64,000 nucleotides of DNA from Chiloscyllium plagiosum (Eukaryota). The notes beneath the pieces were generated by a model that saw only the letters and a program-made list of their open reading frames with translations, made no database searches and was not told the DNA's origin. A program made the position numbers and the translations under genes. The DNA lies in assembly GCF_004010195.1 (NCBI RefSeq), contig NC_057720.1:34170382-34234381 (forward strand), read 5' to 3'. Position 1 is the stretch's first letter. Every line of letters starts with the position of its first letter. Shown here in pieces: positions 63,096 through 64,000 of this stretch.

Positions 63096-64000
63096 ATAGA
63101 GGGTTGCTATCCATAAAAAGCATATTACTAACAGCAAAATAGAATACAAATACAAGTGACAGGTGTTGCAAAACATGGTTAGGCCTCAACTGGAATATCA
63201 TTCTATTTGCAACTCCACACTTTGGGAAGGATGTTGAGGCCTTAGTGAAGTTGTAGTGGTTTTCTAGAAGGCAAAACTCCAGTGATGATTTTTTTTGCCT
63301 GATATCATCATGCAAGAGAAATTGGCAACACCGCAGTACCAATGTGAACTTCCCATCCCACTGGAGGAGAGAGCAGTGTATCAGGATATGCAAGATGCAA
63401 AAATTGTGACTTTACAATAGTAATGGTGACCACAGTGATTGCAACAAAAATTGGGGGATGTCCCTGCTGAGCCTTGTGGAATAAATATTCCCTCTGAGTT
63501 GGACTTGGAAAGTCTGTAGCTGCTAACTGAACACATCTACTCTGAATTCCAGAATGATATCAAAACTGGAAGATCTACAGTGGATATAATTTTCTTGTTC
63601 CAGCAGTTGCTAAGAATGTCATGGGCAGAGGAGTCCATTACATAGTGCCTCAATGATTAAAGATGTATCATAAAAGTTATATTTTTGGATTTATATCTTA
63701 AAGACTGATAGATATGGGTTAGTAATGTGAAGATTTTTCTGAAGGTCATAAACTCAAGTTGGAACCATGACCTAAATGGATCAGTTCCAAGAAAACATGT
63801 GACTGCAATGGAGTGCCTAGACAATCCTGTAGTGTTAATTGATAAAATATTTATATTGCTGGGTTGATGACAAGCAGAGTAAACATATTTAAACAATTAG
63901 TTTTGCATTTACAACAAAGCTCGATGTTTTAGTTTAGAAGAATTCAGAGTTTAGTTCAGAAGAGAACAGTTTCTCATGGCAAGCAACTTAAGTCAGTACA

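Noticed and set aside
51310..64000. Exons of a neighbouring gene downstream of CCDC24
   Set aside because: I found no convincing splice-flanked, non-repeat coding segments on either strand.

Overview
Repeat-rich vertebrate genomic DNA with several N gaps. The repeat set (HE1 V-SINE, SacSINE1-like Deu-SINE, HER1/CR1 LINEs) points to an elasmobranch, probably a shark. The only host gene I can support is the 3' part of CCDC24 on the + strand: six GT-AG exons in consistent reading phase at 6425-6592, 13309-13407, 23420-23474, 38053-38122, 41901-42015 and 49961-50666 (stop), followed by AATAAA signals. The 5' exons lie outside the window. The rest is mostly transposon-derived: many CR1 fragments (one with an esterase ORF1), a decayed Gmr1-clade Gypsy element (LTR, tRNA-Pro PBS, SCAN-like gag, protease directly followed by integrase), related solo LTRs, Tx1/L2/Ingi-like remnants, a Tigger-like MITE, and Penelope-like elements (RT + GIY-YIG). 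The most notable signal is a dense set of short, often fold-back, Penelope terminal-repeat derivatives. They carry minimal hammerhead ribozyme cores (CUGANGA-stem II-GAAAC-GUC) in at least three sequence families. Several are flanked by about 14-bp target-site duplications, and one sits inside a 120-bp duplication and begins at the predicted ribozyme cleavage site. Family assignments come from recalled motifs, not database searches, and most repeat boundaries are approximate.
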